A stretch of DNA of 64,000 nucleotides from an uncultured bacterium (GCA_963848965.1 CAWKFG010000004.1:256001-320000), one strand, 5' to 3'; shown: positions 9,333 through 18,858, numbered from the stretch's first letter. The notes: a model not told the origin generated them from the letters alone. Numbers and translations are program-made.

Positions 9333-10865
9333 ATGAAAACGTCTTTTCTCATTAAAACAATTTTGGTAGGTACCTTTGTACTACAACTATCTCTTAATGC
9401 AGGGGGAAGTTCTACTCAGCAGTTTTCTCCAACTGAACTTAGCTTAATAAATCAGCAAATAAATATAGCTATGGCTACTTTAGGAGCTCAAAGTAGAGAA
9501 TCTCAATTACAAATGCGACCAGTTGCTGCAGTTGTATTACCTCCTGAATTGCAAAAGCAATTTTGGGGAATTATCTATAATCCGTCAGGAGGTAAACTAG
9601 CATCAACGCAAATAACATCTCCTGTTATTAGTAAATTTATAGAAGCTCTGGCAATAGGTCTTCCGGATGCACTGCAAACAAAACTGTGGGGCAAAGTCCT
9701 TTATTCCAAAGTAACAGAAGAATCAAAGAGGCAAACAAGACTCAACAAACGATATGATCATACTTGCTTTTTAATGGCACACAACGGCTATTCTGCAGAA
9801 CAGGCAGGCTTCATTTATGCAAACCAATATTATGATTTGAAAGGACAATTAGAACGCGGAGTTCGAGCATTTGAGCTTGATACTTATCATCGTTGTTGGG
9901 ACAAAGGCCTCGGTATTTTTGGTTCTTCTGGTTGTACAGTAAGCTTGTGCCACGGAAGTTGCGAAATTACTAAGTGGATACAGCCAAAAAAAGGACTTAC
10001 TTCAGGATTGTTTGAAGAAACAGGAGATCCTGCAGGATTTAAAGGCGCATTAGAAACAGTAAAAGACTTCTTACTTAAAAATCCCGATGAAGTTGTCTCC
10101 GTTTTTCTTGAAAATAGTGCAACAGCTCCAGGTAAGAAGGCTGGAGAGTTAGGAGAGCTTGATAAAAAGTTTGAAGAAGCTCAAGTTCAAAATATGGTTC
10201 TTAAGCCTACTGACTGGGATCCTATAGCACAACAAGGATGGCCAACTATTGCAAAACTAAAAGAATTAGGAAAAAGAATTGTTGTTTTTAATAGCAAATC
10301 ATCTGAAACTCATCAATATCCTACTTCACTGTCTTTTCAAAGTACTAAATATACCTATTACCGCTGGATATGTACTTTAGAAACACAGTATAGTACACTT
10401 GATATAGAAAAAGCAGCAAAAGAAAGAGGTGAATCTGCTGGTGCAGTAGAAAATTATACACGATATCTCTATGTACTCGACTATTTCCCTGAAGGTGGTA
10501 AAATTCTTGGTGGAGGAATATCTGATGTCATCAAAAAAATCGGCGGCAGTGAAGTTCCTTTTGGAGGAAACTATAAGCAAGTGAATGGCCCCGATTTAGA
10601 AAGATTCTTAAACAGGGTAGTTACAAAAGGCCTTGAAAATGGCATGTATAAGGGAAGGTATCCAAACTTTATACAAGTCGACTATTTCCATGAAGGGAAT
10701 CCTCTTGCACTTGTAAATAAGATTAATGAAATGGCAAACGATCCTCAAAAGCGAGCACAAATGTTTCGACCTCTTTTCAAAACTGAGGAAGAACTCAACT
10801 TTCAAAAAGGGATGGAAAGTGGTGGATTTGCTGCTCTTGGAAAGCTCTTTCAGCCAGTAAGATAA
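9333..10865 (+). CDS. Exported PI-PLC X-domain-like phosphodiesterase
   Basis: Signal peptide; FLMAHNGYS, NQYYDLKGQLERGVRAFELDTY, LCHG, FLLKNPDEVVSVFLE, PNFIQVDY. Confidence 0.8.
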   Translation: MKTSFLIKTILVGTFVLQLSLNAGGSSTQQFSPTELSLINQQINIAMATLGAQSRESQLQMRPVAAVVLPPELQKQFWGIIYNPSGGKLASTQITSPVISKFIEALAIGLPDALQTKLWGKVLYSKVTEESKRQTRLNKRYDHTCFLMAHNGYSAEQAGFIYANQYYDLKGQLERGVRAFELDTYHRCWDKGLGIFGSSGCTVSLCHGSCEITKWIQPKKGLTSGLFEETGDPAGFKGALETVKDFLLKNPDEVVSVFLENSATAPGKKAGELGELDKKFEEAQVQNMVLKPTDWDPIAQQGWPTIAKLKELGKRIVVFNSKSSETHQYPTSLSFQSTKYTYYRWICTLETQYSTLDIEKAAKERGESAGAVENYTRYLYVLDYFPEGGKILGGGISDVIKKIGGSEVPFGGNYKQVNGPDLERFLNRVVTKGLENGMYKGRYPNFIQVDYFHEGNPLALVNKINEMANDPQKRAQMFRPLFKTEEELNFQKGMESGGFAALGKLFQPVR

Positions 10866-10970
10866 TTATCAAAAGGACTGGCAATGTCAGTCCTTCTACG
10901 CTGTATATTTTTTCTATTCTTTGCTATACTTTTTCTAAGCACTTACAGTTATTTTTTATATAGGCATATT

Positions 10971-12407
10971 ATGGATACAACTTCTATTCGTGTGCGCTTT
11001 GCGCCATCGCCCACCGGTTTTATGCATTTAGGAAACGTACGAGCGGCACTCATAAATTATTTATTTGCACATCAAAAGAGCGGGACATTTATTTTACGCA
11101 TCGAAGATACAGACGCCCAAAGAATGGTCGATCCTATGGGTGCTCGTATTATGGAAGATATTTCTTGGCTGCATCTAACGTATGACGAAGGTCCTCAAGT
11201 AGGAGGTCCTTATGAACCCTATTATCAATCACAACGTACACAGCTCTATACTCGCTATCTCAACGCAGCCATAGAAAAAAATCTTGTTTATCGTTGCTTT
11301 TGTACTATAGAAGAGCTTGAAAAGAAGAGGCAACGCCAGCTTGCACTAAAACAGCCACCTCGGTATGATCGCTGTTGTCTCCGCTTCAGCCCTGAAGAAA
11401 TTTCACAAAAACTTTCTTCTCATATCCCTTTTATCTGGCGCTTCAAGCTTGATCATGCTAAACAAGTTTCGTTTTACGAACTTGCTCGCAAAACTATGCA
11501 TTTTGAGCTTAAACATTTTTCTGATGTACCAGTAACGCGAGAAGACGGTAGTTTCACCTTTCTCTTTGCCAACTTTATAGACGATGTACAAATGAAAGTA
11601 TCGCACGTCTTTCGGGGTGAAGACCATCTGAGCAACACTGCAGTACAAGTAGCTATGTACGAAGCATTCAATGCTCAAGTACCAACTTTCTGGCATCTGC
11701 CAATTATTACTAACACCGAAGGCAAAAAACTCTCAAAACGTGACTTTGGCTTTTCACTAACAGATCTTAAAAATGAAGGTTATTTACCCCAAGCTATCTG
11801 CAATTACATTATCCTCATGGGTGGCACTTTCCAAAAAGAAATTATGACACTCAGTGAACTTACTCAAGCTCTCAACTTTGACTCTATAACTTCAACGAGC
11901 CAAATAAAATACGATGTAGAGAAGCTCAGATGGGTTAATCACCAATGGATTATGCGATATGATACCAACGAACTCGCCAAACTCTGCAGACCGTACCTTG
12001 ACTCTGCATACTCCACCGTTAACACTCTCTCTGATACTCAATTAGCTACGCTCATCTCCTACATCCAGCCAGAAATTATTACCCTCAAAGAGAGCATCGC
12101 TGCCCTCTCATTCTATTTCACTGTACCTATACCAGAGCCCACTCTCTTTGCAGAGTACCATCTTGCATTGTACCAGCCCCTTTTGCATACACTTATACCA
12201 GAAATTCGTCCTCTGCTTGCACAGCCTGAACAAGCTGTTAAACACTTACAAGCTGCATGTAAAGCCCAAGGAGCTTCTATACGCGAGGTCTTCACTCTTA
12301 TACGCATAGCGCTCACTGGAAAGCCTCAAGGTCTCGGCATCAAAGAGCTATTTGCTCTGCTTGGCCCTGACGAGTCCTACAGGCGCCTAACTACGCTGCT
12401 TAGCTAA
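10971..12407 (+). CDS. gltX: Glutamate--tRNA ligase
   Basis: RVRFAPSPTGFMHLGN, LRIEDTD, RGEDHL, KKLSKR; probable start ATG at 10971. Confidence 0.95.
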   Translation: MDTTSIRVRFAPSPTGFMHLGNVRAALINYLFAHQKSGTFILRIEDTDAQRMVDPMGARIMEDISWLHLTYDEGPQVGGPYEPYYQSQRTQLYTRYLNAAIEKNLVYRCFCTIEELEKKRQRQLALKQPPRYDRCCLRFSPEEISQKLSSHIPFIWRFKLDHAKQVSFYELARKTMHFELKHFSDVPVTREDGSFTFLFANFIDDVQMKVSHVFRGEDHLSNTAVQVAMYEAFNAQVPTFWHLPIITNTEGKKLSKRDFGFSLTDLKNEGYLPQAICNYIILMGGTFQKEIMTLSELTQALNFDSITSTSQIKYDVEKLRWVNHQWIMRYDTNELAKLCRPYLDSAYSTVNTLSDTQLATLISYIQPEIITLKESIAALSFYFTVPIPEPTLFAEYHLALYQPLLHTLIPEIRPLLAQPEQAVKHLQAACKAQGASIREVFTLIRIALTGKPQGLGIKELFALLGPDESYRRLTTLLS

Positions 12408-12411
12408 TTGC

Positions 12412-12817
12412 TAGGGGCTTTGCCCCTATAACCCCAGCAGGGTCACAACCTTGCACCCTCTGGTATCTGCTCAGAGCTAACGCTCCTCGCCCGTCTTTTT
12501 AAAGCAAAAAATCATGCTGATTTTTTGCAATAGCAGTCCCTACGGGAATCTCCGTTCCAGGCGGAACGTGCCTGTTCCGATGACATTGAGTACGAATAAC
12601 CCTTTGGTAGTCTCATATCAACGATGATTCTGTAAACATGGTGTCGTCAGCGAGGGTGTGTTCCACCCTCGATGGAGACTCGCGTAGCGGCGTGCAACTG
12701 CAAAAAATCGGCACGATTTTTTGCTCTAAAAGAACCAGCGCAAGAGCGTAGCTCTGAAGCTAGAAAGCGGGTTGCAAGGGCGGGCCCTTGCCGGGGGTGT
12801 TGGGGGCAGAGCCCTTA
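12412..12817. repeat. 406-nt imperfect inverted doublet of a multi-hairpin GC-rich cassette
   Basis: Left arm ~12412-12587 aligns with the reverse complement of right arm ~12640-12817; each arm holds six small hairpins in the same order. Confidence 0.9.
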
Positions 12818-12846
12818 ACCTCACAAGCATTGCTTCACGGGAAGAA

Positions 12847-13101
12847 TTAAACAGTCTCAGCAGGATCAAGGAGGCGATTGGGTAATTTAACAAAGTCTGT
12901 TATGATGCCTTCATGCAGGTAGTACTGCATAAGAGAAAGAAAGATGTGTTCTTGGGCTGGAGGTACAAAAAACTCGAATGTGCGTGTTTGCTTGTTGAGT
13001 GTCCGGTCGAATGCGACGTGCTCAAAGCTGCGGAGCGTAGCTACTAGAAACCAGGTATCTTTTTCTTTTACATGAGCTTGATAATAAACACAATACTGCA
13101 T
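12847..13101 (-). CDS. Small conserved hypothetical protein (DUF4911-like)
   Basis: 84 aa; FLVATLRSFEHVAFDRTLNK..FEFFVP pattern. Confidence 0.6.
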   Translation of the reverse strand: MQYCVYYQAHVKEKDTWFLVATLRSFEHVAFDRTLNKQTRTFEFFVPPAQEHIFLSLMQYYLHEGIITDFVKLPNRLLDPAETV

Positions 13102-13187
13102 AAAATGGATCTTAATTTTTTAAAAATTTAGGGTAATATAAGAGCATACTTTAGTATAAGGGAGTTTTTTTTAAAGAGGAAGTGAGC

Positions 13188-14393
13188 ATGACAAAAGATA
13201 ATTCACACAACAAGATTGGTTTATTAACTGCAACGATTATATGCATGAACTCAATGATAGGAGCAGGGATTTTTACTACGCCTGCACAGCTAGCACTTAC
13301 TGCAGGTCCTGCTGGCATTATAACATATCTGTTTGTCATTGCTGCTGTGCTTTTTATGGCACTATCATTAGCACGAGTATCAGCGTTATATCCGCAGGAA
13401 GGGTCTTTTTATGTGTATGCTAAGGCCTGGGGTGGCCACACTATGGGCGTTCTGGCTGCAGGTTCTTATGTTGTTGGAGTTTTAATTGCATTGAGTTTAA
13501 TTACGCAGTTAGCCGCTGGTTATTTGCATGAACTTGTACCTGCATTGAGTGTAAATATGTGGGGCATAGTACTTGTAAGTTCAATTGTAGGGCTCAATGT
13601 TATTGGCGTACGAATGGTCCAAGTTGGACAATTTATTTTGCTCGGTTGTACGTTATTTGCACTTTTAGGAACTACGGTGCTGGGATTAACACACATAAAT
13701 TGGAGTAATTTAACGCCTTTTATGCCGAGCGGCTGGAGTTCTCTGGCGGGTGCTGTTCCTACAGCAATTTTTGCCTTTTTTGGTTTCGAGTCTGCTGCTT
13801 CTCTTTTTAGTGTTGTAAAGAATCCTGAGAGGAATGTTCCTCGAGCATTAACGTATTCTATTTTGGCGGTAGGTGCCATCTATTTAGCGTTTATTTCCTC
13901 AATTATTTTATCAATTCCGAAAGAAGCATTTACGAATGCCCGAATGCCTATCTCAGAAGCGATTATAAAGCTGTTTCCTCAGTATGCTTGGCTTGCAAAA
14001 GCAATTGGTATAGCAATTCTTACAGGGTTCTTGGGAGTACTCCAATCTATGATGTACTCGGTAAGTGCTCTTGCATTCTCGTTCTTTAAATTATTGCATA
14101 ATAAGTATGCTCGAGCAATTACACGATCTGAATATGGTTTTCAGGCAATTATAGTAGGTGTAGGAGCTTTAGTACTACTGAACTTCTTTACTATTAAAAG
14201 CTTAGGTCTCTTCTTTAATCTTACTGCAGTAGGGGTAGTATTTGCGTATGCCTCTTCTATTGTGACTCTATGGCTCAAAGGTCATGATAAGACGATAGGA
14301 CAGAAAATAACAACGTTCTTAGGTCTTGCAACTGCAGCAGGGATATTTATAATTGCCTTTAATGGGTTACTAGGAGAGCTTTTGAAATCTTAA
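13188..14393 (+). CDS. APC-family amino acid permease
   Basis: MNSMIGAGIF, GSFYVYA, FAFFGFES, KNPERNVPRA; about 12 hydrophobic segments. Confidence 0.9.
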   Translation: MTKDNSHNKIGLLTATIICMNSMIGAGIFTTPAQLALTAGPAGIITYLFVIAAVLFMALSLARVSALYPQEGSFYVYAKAWGGHTMGVLAAGSYVVGVLIALSLITQLAAGYLHELVPALSVNMWGIVLVSSIVGLNVIGVRMVQVGQFILLGCTLFALLGTTVLGLTHINWSNLTPFMPSGWSSLAGAVPTAIFAFFGFESAASLFSVVKNPERNVPRALTYSILAVGAIYLAFISSIILSIPKEAFTNARMPISEAIIKLFPQYAWLAKAIGIAILTGFLGVLQSMMYSVSALAFSFFKLLHNKYARAITRSEYGFQAIIVGVGALVLLNFFTIKSLGLFFNLTAVGVVFAYASSIVTLWLKGHDKTIGQKITTFLGLATAAGIFIIAFNGLLGELLKS

Positions 14394-14466
14394 TTTGACG
14401 AACCCTAAAAATTGATGCTATAAATAATGTGCGTGTTCTTATGCGCATATTAGAAAGGAAGAAGTA

Positions 14467-16101
14467 ATGAACTTTAAGAACTATATAAGGGTGCTTGCAG
14501 CATTTCTTATGGCAAGCTCGTTGCATGCAGAGCTACCAAATGCAACGAACAACGATCCTTATCCACTCTACAGTAGTGTTTATCCTTATTCATATCTGGC
14601 AACAAGGCAAAAAGCACATTTAATGCGATTTGAGTATGCTTATCCTGTTGATAGATTCCGCATTAGTATAAGCGGCTTCGGTCAATTTGCAAATAGAGCA
14701 CGTGACAGTGAGCGTAATGTTATTAATATTGGTGATATTAATGGTAGATGGAATATGCTTGCCCTCTTTTATGATCCACCACTACAAACACAGCTTTTTA
14801 GTATATTGGGTATCCCTGCAAATTTAAAAGATACAAAGCCAATATGTTTTGCAGACATTACAGACCCGCGTAAAATAGATCCTAATGAAGAGTTTGGCTT
14901 CTTTACTATTCCAGCTTGGTACCGCAAATATGGTGCTCGTTTTGAAAGTGAAATTCTTCTTATTGATAAGTGCTTTTATAGTGTTGGGCTAAAAGTACAA
15001 TTTGGTATCGCAGACGTACGACAAACGGTAATGAGATTTGACGATTTAACATGCCAAGCATTAGGGGTTGCATGCCCTACTAATGGGTGTCAAGAAGATC
15101 CTGCAAATAATTGTAAATCTGGTGTTCCTAACCCGCCACCGTTTCCTGATCCAACACCGATTACACCTCCATTTACCGATCCAAACTTTCAAGCTCCATG
15201 TCCTCCAACGAGTCCTAATTGCCTAGGTCCTTCATTTCCAGCAGCGCCAAAAGAATGCATAACGTTACCTCAGACATTTGTACCATGTGCAGATTCTACG
15301 TGCTGCTTCTCCTTTGATTGTGACTGTAAACGGCTTGTTATAGAAAATATTATGAAACAACGAGATTTAATTGCAGATTTTCTGGGCCTTGATATTTGTA
15401 ACTATCATAAGATTGGTGTAGAAGATTTGCGTATCGATCTGTTTTGGAGAGAGATTTTTGTGATAAACCAAGAGAGTGAAATATATCCACGGCTTTTGTT
15501 TATGCCGTTTGCTGAACTAGGCTTTGGTATCCCTATGGAGAAAGCAAAACCAGTAAATAAACCCTTTGCAGTCCCTATAGGTAATAATGGCCATGCAAGT
15601 CTTGGCGGTAAATTTGGCTTTACGTTGGATTTTTTGGACACTATAGATTTGAGTTTTGTAGGTGGTTTTAGTTACTTCTTTAAGCAGGACTATTGCAACT
15701 ATAGATTGCCTACTCATCCACAAGAAAGTGGCATCTTCCCTTATACGGCTGATGTTACCATACGGCCTGGTCCTACATGGTTCTTTGCAGCAGGTATGCA
15801 TGCCTTTCACTTTTTAGACAATCTTTCTGTATGGGCAGAATATGTACTCACGAGCCATGCACAAGATAAGATTCAAGTATGTAGATCCTTTATTCCCTCT
15901 ACTTCAAACTATTTTAAAACAGGTTTTGACGTAGAACTAGCAGAATGCTTCACTAAGTGGGAATCTCATTTATTTAATATAGGGTTTAATTACGATCTTT
16001 CGGATCATCTATCTGCTGGCCTTGCATTCCAAATTCCTGTAAGACAAAGAAATGCTTATGTTTCAAGTATGGTATTAGGAACATTAACCTTTGTTTATTA
16101 A
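14467..16101 (+). CDS. Probable outer-membrane beta-barrel protein with Cys/Pro-rich insertion
   Basis: Signal peptide (SLHA); amphipathic beta strands; C-terminal LTFVY; central Cys/Pro-rich block. Confidence 0.55.
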   Translation: MNFKNYIRVLAAFLMASSLHAELPNATNNDPYPLYSSVYPYSYLATRQKAHLMRFEYAYPVDRFRISISGFGQFANRARDSERNVINIGDINGRWNMLALFYDPPLQTQLFSILGIPANLKDTKPICFADITDPRKIDPNEEFGFFTIPAWYRKYGARFESEILLIDKCFYSVGLKVQFGIADVRQTVMRFDDLTCQALGVACPTNGCQEDPANNCKSGVPNPPPFPDPTPITPPFTDPNFQAPCPPTSPNCLGPSFPAAPKECITLPQTFVPCADSTCCFSFDCDCKRLVIENIMKQRDLIADFLGLDICNYHKIGVEDLRIDLFWREIFVINQESEIYPRLLFMPFAELGFGIPMEKAKPVNKPFAVPIGNNGHASLGGKFGFTLDFLDTIDLSFVGGFSYFFKQDYCNYRLPTHPQESGIFPYTADVTIRPGPTWFFAAGMHAFHFLDNLSVWAEYVLTSHAQDKIQVCRSFIPSTSNYFKTGFDVELAECFTKWESHLFNIGFNYDLSDHLSAGLAFQIPVRQRNAYVSSMVLGTLTFVY

Positions 16102-16202
16102 AGAGAGCAGAAAATACAAAGCGGAGCTCATATTGAATTTCTCTGAGCAGTAGAGTAAAATAAGTTATGTCTTATTTTTCTAAAAAAATTTCTGGAAATT
16201 GT

Positions 16203-17036
16203 ATGATAAAAAAACTTTTTCTTTTCTTATTGGTAGGATTTTATTGTAATTCTATTGCTAAGGTAATCATTTGGGATCTAGGAGGAGTAATTTGTGCTAC
16301 TAATAAATGGGGAATGGCATATGAAATTGGGTTGTTTAAGCCCTTCATGTATTTGCTCCTTGACTGGAAGAATCCTGCCAAGATTCAAAAGCTTCTTTTT
16401 CAGATTTTAAGTGAGGTTGAAACTCCAGAAATTCCTGATTTTAAGTTAGCAGTTATCGCAGATGGAACACCAATGCCTTACATTGTATGCCAATACCAAG
16501 CTGGCAAAAAGCGAGGTCCTGACGCTATAGCACAAGCAAAACAGTATATTGAAAAGCTGCCAGAAAACAGATTCAGTAGTAATCGAGAAAAGGACTTGAT
16601 TATACGAACAATAGAAGTTATGTTCAATCCAGATATTCTTGCACGAAATACGTATATGATCCCTGAAGGAGTCGCACTTTTTAAAGAAGTATGTGAAGCT
16701 CGTAATGCTGATAATAGCACGAAAAACAAGTGTATTGCCTGCTCTAACTGGGATGCTGTCTCTTTTCACAAATTTGCCCTTGCACATGAGAATGTCTTTA
16801 ACCTTTTTGAAGGACGTATAGAAATATCGGGCATTAATCATCTTCTAAAGCCTAATCCTGAGACGTATATCGCTCTTTTGAAAAAGTATTCGCTCAATCC
16901 CGAAGATTGCCTATTCATAGACGACCAAGAGATTAATGTGCAAGCAGCTCAAGCAGTAGGTATCCCTTCTTTATGTCTAAAAAATGGAAATTATAGAATC
17001 TTACGAGACGAACTACAGAGAAGAGAAGTTATATAA
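16203..17036 (+). CDS. HAD-family hydrolase with N-terminal signal peptide
   Basis: IIWDLGGV, CSNW, LKPNPETY, LFIDDQEINV; probable start MIKKLF. Confidence 0.85.
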   Translation: MIKKLFLFLLVGFYCNSIAKVIIWDLGGVICATNKWGMAYEIGLFKPFMYLLLDWKNPAKIQKLLFQILSEVETPEIPDFKLAVIADGTPMPYIVCQYQAGKKRGPDAIAQAKQYIEKLPENRFSSNREKDLIIRTIEVMFNPDILARNTYMIPEGVALFKEVCEARNADNSTKNKCIACSNWDAVSFHKFALAHENVFNLFEGRIEISGINHLLKPNPETYIALLKKYSLNPEDCLFIDDQEINVQAAQAVGIPSLCLKNGNYRILRDELQRREVI

Positions 17037-17161
17037 AGCCAGTTTGTTTGCAAAAAATGGACATTTTGTTATACTAATAATAGCTTTAAAAAAGAATATT
17101 TCTTTATAGAAGCTGAAATAGATGATGTACCCCTATTTTATGAAAGGATAAAGATCGTATT

Positions 17162-17371
17162 ATGAGTAAAAAGGCAAATATATCGATTATGGTAAATGAC
17201 AATGTAGAGCGCGCACTGAAACAACTTAAGAAAAAAATAGAGCGCGAAGGTGTTGTAAGAGATATGAAACGTATTGTTTATCACGAACCACCTACCCAAA
17301 AGCGCCGTAAACGTCTTATGCGTGCTATTAAGCAAAATTGGATTCGTATGGCTTCCCAAAAATTTATGTAA
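17162..17371 (+). CDS. rpsU: 30S ribosomal protein bS21
   Basis: NVERALKQLKKKIEREG..HEPPTQKRRK. Confidence 0.92.
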   Translation: MSKKANISIMVNDNVERALKQLKKKIEREGVVRDMKRIVYHEPPTQKRRKRLMRAIKQNWIRMASQKFM

Positions 17372-17377
17372 GGTACC

Positions 17378-17746
17378 ATGGCCTCCTCATCAGTAAGCAC
17401 TATAAAAAGAGCTCAGAAAGAATCACTTCTCTTTCGAAAAATTTCTCAGCTTTTTGCCCAAACAGCTCTTGATGATACACGTCTTCAAGAGATCTGTATA
17501 AACCGTGTCAAACTCTCTCCTGATAAAGGAGTCTGTACTGTTTATTTTTATACTACAGAAGGAGAAGCTCGTTTTCAAGAACTTCTTCCTATTTTAGTAC
17601 TTTACAAGCCTTCATTAAGAAAAGCGCTTGCCTCAAGCATTAAATCACGTTATACTCCTGAGCTTGTTTTTGCATTTGATAAGAACTTTGAAAAACAATG
17701 CCGTCTTGAAAACATTCTTGAAAACATAAAAACAGAAAACGAATGA
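17378..17746 (+). CDS. rbfA: Ribosome-binding factor A
   Basis: VKLSPDK..VY, LR..LA..IKSRYTPELVF..D. Confidence 0.9.
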   Translation: MASSSVSTIKRAQKESLLFRKISQLFAQTALDDTRLQEICINRVKLSPDKGVCTVYFYTTEGEARFQELLPILVLYKPSLRKALASSIKSRYTPELVFAFDKNFEKQCRLENILENIKTENE

Positions 17747-18492
17747 TCTTTCTTTTGTTGTCATTTCTTCTCTTTTTATGCTGGGGCTCCTTCCTCAACG
17801 TTGTAGGATATCGCATTATTCACGGATATAGCCTTGTTCTTCCTCGCTCGTTCTGTCCAAGTTGTCATACTACTATTAAGTGGTATGACCTTATCCCTTT
17901 TTTCTCGTGGTTTATTTTACGAGGAAAGTGTAGAGCTTGTAAAACACAGATATCTCCTTTATATCCGCTTATAGAGCTTCTTACTGCAGTTGTACTAACG
18001 GGGCTCATTGTTTTTATTGAACCACGATATTGGATCTCGTATGGTATCTTTTTTTCAGCACTCATAGTCACCATAAGAACAGATGCAGAAACTATGCTTA
18101 TTGCTCGTTCTATGACCTTAGGACTAGTGCCTGTTGCCCTTGCATTAAGCGCATTTGGATTACTTTCTCTTTCACTACTTGAAAGTATAGGTGGTGCCCT
18201 TTTTGGTTATGGTATCTTGTGGAGTATTGCACAATTGTTTTATCTTCTAAGAAAGCAAGAGGGTATGGGCGAAGGAGATTTTGACTTATTAAGTATGATT
18301 GGCGCATTTACAGGTATTTTTGGATCCTGGATAACATTGCTTATTGGGGCTTTCCTAGGTACTCTAGCAGGTATACTTATCTTAGCACAAGGAGCTGATC
18401 GCTCTACAAAGATAGCCTTTGGACCCTGGCTTGCACTTGGCGGAATTATCTATACATTTATACAAGAATGGTTATATAACTTTTTACTCTAA
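17743..18492 (+). CDS. pilD: Prepilin peptidase / N-methyltransferase
   Basis: GSFLNVV, PRSFCPSC..WYDLIP..LRGKCRAC, GMGEGDF, IAFGPWL. Confidence 0.93.
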   Translation: MIFLLLSFLLFLCWGSFLNVVGYRIIHGYSLVLPRSFCPSCHTTIKWYDLIPFFSWFILRGKCRACKTQISPLYPLIELLTAVVLTGLIVFIEPRYWISYGIFFSALIVTIRTDAETMLIARSMTLGLVPVALALSAFGLLSLSLLESIGGALFGYGILWSIAQLFYLLRKQEGMGEGDFDLLSMIGAFTGIFGSWITLLIGAFLGTLAGILILAQGADRSTKIAFGPWLALGGIIYTFIQEWLYNFLL

Positions 18493-18501
18493 AGGAATTT
18501 T

Positions 18502-18846
18502 ATGATGATGCTTTTAAAAGTATTCGCTGGCAGTCTACTTACAGTTGTAGCTCCTTTGTACGGTATGAAAAGTAAAAAAAAGCAACGCCCCTTGGACCCT
18601 AAGTATGTAATAATGAGTGGCGAAGGAGCATATCCAAAACCCTACACGCTAACAAACGATCTCTTTTCCTTTGCGCAGCGTGATCTAAAACAAATGGAAG
18701 CTATAGGGAGCAATGACAAAATCTCAATTGTTGTAGCACTTGATCTACATAAGAAGGTTACATCTTTCACTGTGCAATCTTCGCTTTCTCAAGAATCATC
18801 AGAAACATCTTCTACAAAAGGACCAACGCAAGAAAGTAAAGAGTAG
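18502..18846 (+). CDS. Short exported protein carrying a clostripain (C11) N-terminal fragment; possibly a truncated gene
   Basis: NDLFSFAQRDLKQMEAIGSNDKISIVVALD resembles the clostripain-family N-terminal motif; no catalytic region follows. Confidence 0.5.
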   Translation: MMMLLKVFAGSLLTVVAPLYGMKSKKKQRPLDPKYVIMSGEGAYPKPYTLTNDLFSFAQRDLKQMEAIGSNDKISIVVALDLHKKVTSFTVQSSLSQESSETSSTKGPTQESKE

Positions 18847-18858
18847 CTCTTTAAACGC

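Noticed and set aside
12412..12817. Palindrome as CRISPR array, simple terminator or IS element
   Set aside because: No repeat-spacer periodicity, far larger and more complex than a terminator, and no transposase ORF or clear target-site duplication.
12412..12817. Palindrome as canonical DnaA-box oriC
   Set aside because: No TTATCCACA-like boxes seen, no dnaA/dnaN/gidA nearby, and the G-rich skew appears to fade within a few kb.
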